This document shows, piece by piece, positions 58,729 through 64,000 of a stretch of 64,000 nt of DNA. The position numbers were made by a program, and so were the translations under genes. Position 1 is the first letter of the stretch. Each line of letters begins with the position of its first letter. This stretch comes from Promethearchaeati archaeon (GTDB lineage Archaea > Asgardarchaeota > Heimdallarchaeia > Heimdallarchaeales > Heimdallarchaeaceae), in assembly GCA_013166775.1 (NCBI GenBank), contig JABLTJ010000008.1:1-64000 (forward strand), given 5' to 3'. The notes under the pieces are model-generated. The model saw nothing but the letters and a program-made list of their open reading frames with translations. It ran no database searches and was not told the DNA's origin.

Positions 58729-60081
58729 TCAAATTTTCCGATATAGTTTTTCCATCTCATCTCGCCATTCAAGAAAATTATTAGGAGATTTTGGATAATT
58801 TTTACAGAGTATATTAGTTTTTTTGCTAATATCAATAGCTTTTTTCATTAGTAGTAATAAGTTGTATCTTGGAAAACATCGCAAAGCTATTCCTAGATAT
58901 GAGAAAATGGAGCGTTTTTTCAGTATACCTTCTGAGGTTAGATCTTCTTGCTTTACAACTTTTCTTTTGAGTAAAAATTCCAATTTCTTAGGACCTAGTT
59001 TATTAAGGGCTATTGTTAATATTCTCCTTCTAACATGTTTTGAGCCAAAATCTGAGAAAATGAGTTCATTATATTTCCAGAGATCCTTTGTTTCAAATCT
59101 TTTATTTACTATTGCTTCTTTTGCAATTTCACCCGCAAAACAACCTGCAATCAGAGCAGGACCATGTCCTTCTGCTGTTAAAGGATCTGGGTGATATGCA
59201 GCATCACCTGCAATAATTAGACCAGGAGCGACTGAATTCCATAGAGGAGGTCTAATTGGTACACATCCACCTCTACCATCTATTGTATCATACGTACCTT
59301 TTGGATAATATTTCTCCATAGCTTTGAAATATACTGATTTTACTCCTTTATCTAAGTTCTTTTCTTCTTTGATAAAACCCGTTCCACAATTTACTTTTCT
59401 ATCACCATCGGCAAAAAACCAAATGTAACCTGGTTCTGGTATATCCTCTTCATATTGAAGAACAATCTTTCCTTTCAAATCATGTTCCTTGTCCAGCTTA
59501 ATGATCTCTCTGTAACAAGATGCATAATCAGCTTTTGTTAATTCTTTATCTAATAAAGGCTCAAAATCCTTCGGAAGATTAGTTCTAATTGCTGCAAGAA
59601 CACCACTGCAATCAATAACCATTGAAGAAAGTAATTCTTTTTCCTCATTTTTACTGCTTCTTACAATGACTCCACTAACTTTGTTTTTTTGGATTATTGG
59701 TTTGAGTGCTTTGGTTTCAGAAAACAACTTAACTCCACTCTGGAGTGCATCTTTCAATAACCTCTGTCCATATAAATGACGATTAATCATATATCCTACA
59801 GCAGGAAGAGTTATGTGATCAATTGGAAGCAATGTCCTTAGAGCTAGAACTTCTATATTTGCATTAATTTCATTTTCTAGTGGAGGTTCAACATTTACTT
59901 TTTCAGAGAATCGATGTGAGGTTTTTTTTGATATTGCTTCACCACAGACTTTTTCACCAATATCTTCCCTTTTCTTTTTGTCAATCAGAAGTACATTCAA
60001 ACCTTCTCTCCTGCAACTAAGAGCTGAGCTAACACCTGCAGGTCCCGCACCTATAACAATCACATCGAAAGTCTCTGTCAT
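58729..60081 (-). CDS. Geranylgeranyl reductase family flavoprotein
   Basis: IGAGPAG, KVCGEA, GYIWFF, AGDAA..PDPLTAEG; ATG 60081 preferred as start. Confidence 0.85.
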   Translation of the reverse strand: MTETFDVIVIGAGPAGVSSALSCRREGLNVLLIDKKKREDIGEKVCGEAISKKTSHRFSEKVNVEPPLENEINANIEVLALRTLLPIDHITLPAVGYMINRHLYGQRLLKDALQSGVKLFSETKALKPIIQKNKVSGVIVRSSKNEEKELLSSMVIDCSGVLAAIRTNLPKDFEPLLDKELTKADYASCYREIIKLDKEHDLKGKIVLQYEEDIPEPGYIWFFADGDRKVNCGTGFIKEEKNLDKGVKSVYFKAMEKYYPKGTYDTIDGRGGCVPIRPPLWNSVAPGLIIAGDAAYHPDPLTAEGHGPALIAGCFAGEIAKEAIVNKRFETKDLWKYNELIFSDFGSKHVRRRILTIALNKLGPKKLEFLLKRKVVKQEDLTSEGILKKRSIFSYLGIALRCFPRYNLLLLMKKAIDISKKTNILCKNYPKSPNNFLEWRDEMEKLYRKI

Positions 60082-60141
60082 CAAGTTATTAGGATATAAC
60101 TCCAATATAAATTTAATGAGATACAACAATGAGAAATCTCA

Positions 60142-61719
60142 TCAGAATAGGAGATCAAAGTTGTATGCTAATAATTCTCTTTCAACATTAGTCTCTTTTT
60201 CAAGAATTTCTACTTCAGTCTTTTCTCCTAATTGCACAGAAAATATCTCAAACAATGGTTGAGTATCTCCAGACACTGTTAATATCACAGTAATATCTTG
60301 ATTTCTTTCTGGAGGATTTGTAACCCATGTTAGAGATTTTTGATTCTCATCTCTTATCTCTTCCATAATTTGAGCTTCAGCTGGTTCGGTGTTTACTAAT
60401 ACATGATTTGCTGGGATTCTATCTGAAAAGGAAACCATATCCTCTAGATGTTCCAGAGCTCTGATAACATAAACAATCTTATATCCAGATCCTCTCGTTG
60501 AAGGTTGAAGAATTTTCAAGCATTTCATAATATCTCTATTTTCTTTATCTTTTACTAGTTTTTTACCTCGATATAGATATGGGAAGTAATCCAAGTGATA
60601 AGATTTCTCGATTAATTCTTTTGGTTTTACAGAAGTATGTTTCCACCTTACAGTAATTCCTTTCATTTTTGCTCTCTCAATGATGCCTTGCGGAGCAATT
60701 GCTTCAGGGATAGTACGTAGAATATTGAATTCAGGTGGAATAGTATCCGCAATATATAGCTCTTTAATTTGATCTTCATGAGAATTTACATATTTGGTGT
60801 ATGCTCTATATTCCAAATCTGATGGATTAATATTTTCGAAAGTTTTTAGTACAGTAATGTCATTCTCTGTAAATTCTAATATTATTCTGTTTATTCTTCG
60901 CTTAACATAATAAGTAATATTAACTCTCTCTTTGGGACCTAGTTCAGAAAGTTTCCATCTCATGAGTAAAGAGTCTTCACCCTTAGATTGCTCTTTCTTA
61001 GCTTCTTTGTTATCACACTCTACCATTAACACATTGTAGCTGTATGGTATTTGATCAACAACATCAATATCTTTTATGGGTTCATCATATCTGTTTATAA
61101 TAGTTGAAATTATTGAGTAGCTTCCAATAGTATCTCCAACATTGATGTTTTTCTCTATCTCCACGCTCTTCTTCTCATCCCCCAGATTGAATTGATGAAC
61201 TCCTTTAATTCTATTTGGAACTACTACTTGATGTCCATCCAAAACCCTTTGAACTAGTTCATTTATCACCAATTCGTCTTCAGGTAACTGCTGAAGCTTA
61301 ATTAATCTGCCAATTATTACAGTATTTTCATCAATTCCCAGAAGATCAGATAGATGATCAGTTGGTATTTTCAAAGTTTCAAGTATTATTTCCTCTAATT
61401 GCTGTGTAATCATTTCTTCTGATCTAATTAATCGTAATAATAAAGAATAATCACTTCTGATTCCCATATTCTCAAAATACTCTTCAATCCATCTTGCAAC
61501 TCTTGTTTCATGAGGAGCTAGAATTGTTGCCCAAAAATCATATACTGTTCTAACTAGTTCATGAAGATTGATGCATTCTTTTTCATTTATTAAATCCCTT
61601 GTATCATAAAATGATACCAAACCACTCATTGCTGTACTAAAAAGATTAGTATCTGGTTCTATTTCAATGAAATACCTTGATGATCCCCATACTGGTTTTC
61701 TTTCAGCCATTTTACTCAA
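60142..61719 (-). CDS. Hypothetical protein with three DUF11-like beta-sandwich repeats, no signal peptide
   Basis: Repeats DQIP..RW, DTIP..RW, DRIP..TW. Confidence 0.6.
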   Translation of the reverse strand: MSKMAERKPVWGSSRYFIEIEPDTNLFSTAMSGLVSFYDTRDLINEKECINLHELVRTVYDFWATILAPHETRVARWIEEYFENMGIRSDYSLLLRLIRSEEMITQQLEEIILETLKIPTDHLSDLLGIDENTVIIGRLIKLQQLPEDELVINELVQRVLDGHQVVVPNRIKGVHQFNLGDEKKSVEIEKNINVGDTIGSYSIISTIINRYDEPIKDIDVVDQIPYSYNVLMVECDNKEAKKEQSKGEDSLLMRWKLSELGPKERVNITYYVKRRINRIILEFTENDITVLKTFENINPSDLEYRAYTKYVNSHEDQIKELYIADTIPPEFNILRTIPEAIAPQGIIERAKMKGITVRWKHTSVKPKELIEKSYHLDYFPYLYRGKKLVKDKENRDIMKCLKILQPSTRGSGYKIVYVIRALEHLEDMVSFSDRIPANHVLVNTEPAEAQIMEEIRDENQKSLTWVTNPPERNQDITVILTVSGDTQPLFEIFSVQLGEKTEVEILEKETNVERELLAYNFDLLF

Positions 61720-62317
61720 TCCTCACTATCTCTTTAACGGAAATCACTTCGTATTCTTCGAGGGTCTCAGTAGTCATTCTAAGTTCTTCAGTATTCTCCA
61801 ATTTATGATTGAAAATAGTTATTGAGTATGATCCTTCTGGTAAATCGTTAAGAATAAAATTCCTTACTTGAGTATTGTTTTCAAAGAGCACGTTTGGAGA
61901 AGTTACTGTAGTAGTGAAATCCCCGAAAATATCCTTTTTACCAATTTCAACTATCTCTTTGTCTGTTCTAGTTTCAGTTCTTCTTTCATAGATAGTTCTA
62001 ACAGTATCTAGATGAAAGCTATGAAGATCCTTCTTGATGGATTTTTCATAAGTTTCTTTTGCCTTGCTTAAATCTACTAAAAGTAGATATCTGCTTATCA
62101 ATTTGCTATAAGCATATGCAAGATAATCTTCTTCCTCGAATTTTTCCATTGTATCCTCAAAAAAGTGCCACAAAATAACTGATTCTAGCAATTGATCCTT
62201 TTTTTCAAGTTCAATAGTTCTGGTTTCAAGAAACTTCACGAAATCCTCAACGGATTGTTTAGCTAAGATATCTTTGGCTTCACGGATAGTAACTTGGACT
62301 GTATCCTCAGTGCTCAC
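61712..62317 (-). CDS. Hypothetical protein
   Basis: 201-aa ORF overlapping the downstream gene start; helical N-terminal half. Confidence 0.7.
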   Translation of the reverse strand: MSTEDTVQVTIREAKDILAKQSVEDFVKFLETRTIELEKKDQLLESVILWHFFEDTMEKFEEEDYLAYAYSKLISRYLLLVDLSKAKETYEKSIKKDLHSFHLDTVRTIYERRTETRTDKEIVEIGKKDIFGDFTTTVTSPNVLFENNTQVRNFILNDLPEGSYSITIFNHKLENTEELRMTTETLEEYEVISVKEIVRIE

Positions 62318-62527
62318 TTTAAATCACATTCCACAACTTTACTTACAATTAATTATGTTTGAAACTTATTATTATAATGTTTTGTTCGTTTTCGCATTTA
62401 ATGTTTTTCTGTGTTTCAATAAGAAACTGAAGATGATTATAGTTGTTGGATTTTCATTCAAATAAAGAGTTTTAAGAAAATGACAAAGGAGATAAAGTTA
62501 AAAAAACCCTAATTTTGATATGTTAAT

Positions 62528-63544
62528 ATGATTGAAAAAGATAGAGCAGAATTTTGTGCTTTCCATTATACAAATGAAACAGACGGGAAGTGCACCTTAT
62601 GTGGTCTTACACTGTGTAATTTAGATCAGCAATATAATATTGCAGCTGAAAGAATCTGCCAGCTTTGTTATAATATTTCCAGAGCCAGAAAACTAATAAA
62701 ATATTTCCAATTCGGTCTTTGGGGTATTGCAATAGCGATTTTTATTATAATTTGGCAAGTTACTGATGAATTAAATCTCTTTGCTCTAATCCCACTACTT
62801 CTAGTACTAGTGTTCCCCTATCTTATGAGACCATTAATCATGAAACTTTACTTTAGAGAATTATCGCCCAAAGAATCTGTGTTACCTATCATACGATATT
62901 TTGAAGCATCAGGGAATCAAGATCATTACAAGATATTCATGAAAATCCTGAGTAAGCTTCCAGAAGAAGAAAAGAGTGAAATTAAAACCAAGTTATTTGA
63001 TTACTTAGTACCAGCTTTAGCATTCAATTATGCAAAGCTTCCAGAAGAATGGGATACTGAATTGGTTGAAAAACTAAAAATGTCAAAGGATGAATTTGTG
63101 GGGATTCTTCTTAGTGAATACAGAAAAACTCTGATACAAACTGCTGTTCATAATCCACAAGAAAATTTTTCAAAATTCCTCATCTATCTAAGTGAAAAGG
63201 CTCAAGATAAAGATTTACTCAAAGAATATATCAATGAAATAACATCTAAAGATGTAATCTCTTCAACAGATGAAGAGCTAAATACTATTTACAACAAACT
63301 TCTTGAGGAATTATACCTGTATGAAGAAAAATTCAATGAAATCTGTGACGAACTCAAACTTACAAAACAGAAAGATCTGATTGCTCAATTACTAGAACGT
63401 TATGAACCTCCTCCTGTTCCAAAGAATCAGATTGAAGCAGTTTTAACTATTGACCAGCTAAAGGAAAAGCGAAGAAAGGAAAACGAGCAACCACAAGTTG
63501 TTATCTCTAATCCAAACGATGAACAACAGATTGTGATAGAATAA
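62528..63544 (+). CDS. Membrane protein with N-terminal B-box-like Zn finger
   Basis: CAFH..CTLCGLTLC..ICQLC, two TM helices, helical C-terminal domain. Confidence 0.65.
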   Translation: MIEKDRAEFCAFHYTNETDGKCTLCGLTLCNLDQQYNIAAERICQLCYNISRARKLIKYFQFGLWGIAIAIFIIIWQVTDELNLFALIPLLLVLVFPYLMRPLIMKLYFRELSPKESVLPIIRYFEASGNQDHYKIFMKILSKLPEEEKSEIKTKLFDYLVPALAFNYAKLPEEWDTELVEKLKMSKDEFVGILLSEYRKTLIQTAVHNPQENFSKFLIYLSEKAQDKDLLKEYINEITSKDVISSTDEELNTIYNKLLEELYLYEEKFNEICDELKLTKQKDLIAQLLERYEPPPVPKNQIEAVLTIDQLKEKRRKENEQPQVVISNPNDEQQIVIE

Positions 63545-63768
63545 GAATAATATTCTTCCCCTATTTTTAATTTTTGTCAGCAATAAGAACTAATAAAACA
63601 CACATTTGTTTTATAAGCTGAGAATAGTGGACATGAAGAATAATAACAACCACTGAGTTTGTGATTTACCTAGCTCACTCTGATTACACTATTCTCATTT
63701 TCATCGAAACTCTTAATAGCAATTTTTTTTCTCAATTAGATGAAAGGTTCAGTGGTCGCTTTTAATGG

Positions 63769-64000
63769 ATGAAAAGAACTCCCAAAAACAGCATAAGTCT
63801 AGATTTTGGAGAATAACAGGCACATCACTTTATTTCTTCACACTAGTTGTCTTAGTTGTTGGTTTAATTTACCTCATATGGTCTTCGAGATTAATCATAA
63901 TGGAGAGAAGACTTTTTCCAAATGATTTTTCAATTGGTGCAGTCATACTGAACTTCTTATCACTACTTGTTGAGGTTATAGGAATTCTCTACACTGTTAT
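63769..64000 (+). CDS. Membrane protein, 5' part (runs off the window edge)
   Basis: ATG 63769 open to the edge: MKRTPKKQHKSRFWRITGTSLYFFTLVVLVVGLIYLIWSSRL...LLVEVIGILYTV; loosely resembles GT2/BcsA N-termini. Confidence 0.65.

Overview
AT-rich archaeal chromosome segment (TBP, XPB-Bax1, class I LysRS, geranylgeranyl reductase). An Arf-like GTPase, a DENN/folliculin-like protein, a membrane RING protein, a prenyltransferase-repeat protein and an LRR remnant point to an Asgard archaeon, probably Heimdallarchaeia (inference). Main structures: (1) a 17.3-kb, 18-gene minus-strand redox operon korDABG-hdrA-mvhDGA-flxCDBA-hdrA-maturation protease-hdrCB-frdBA-like, which could couple H2/NAD(P)H electron bifurcation to fumarate reduction and 2-oxoglutarate synthesis; (2) a two-gene cassette (exported caspase/CHAT-fold protease with an in-frame TGA, plus a membrane-anchored prenyltransferase-repeat protein) between two diverged ~1-kb direct repeats of the fumarate hydratase locus; (3) an overlapping isochorismatase / CxxC-less TrxB-like / RlmN-like radical SAM trio in which the radical SAM lacks the resolving Cys; (4) an accessory zone (~14.5-34.4 kb) with several disrupted genes not resolved in the ORF track. 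No rRNA, tRNA, CRISPR array, transposase or integrase was seen. All calls come from reading motifs by eye; no database search was run.
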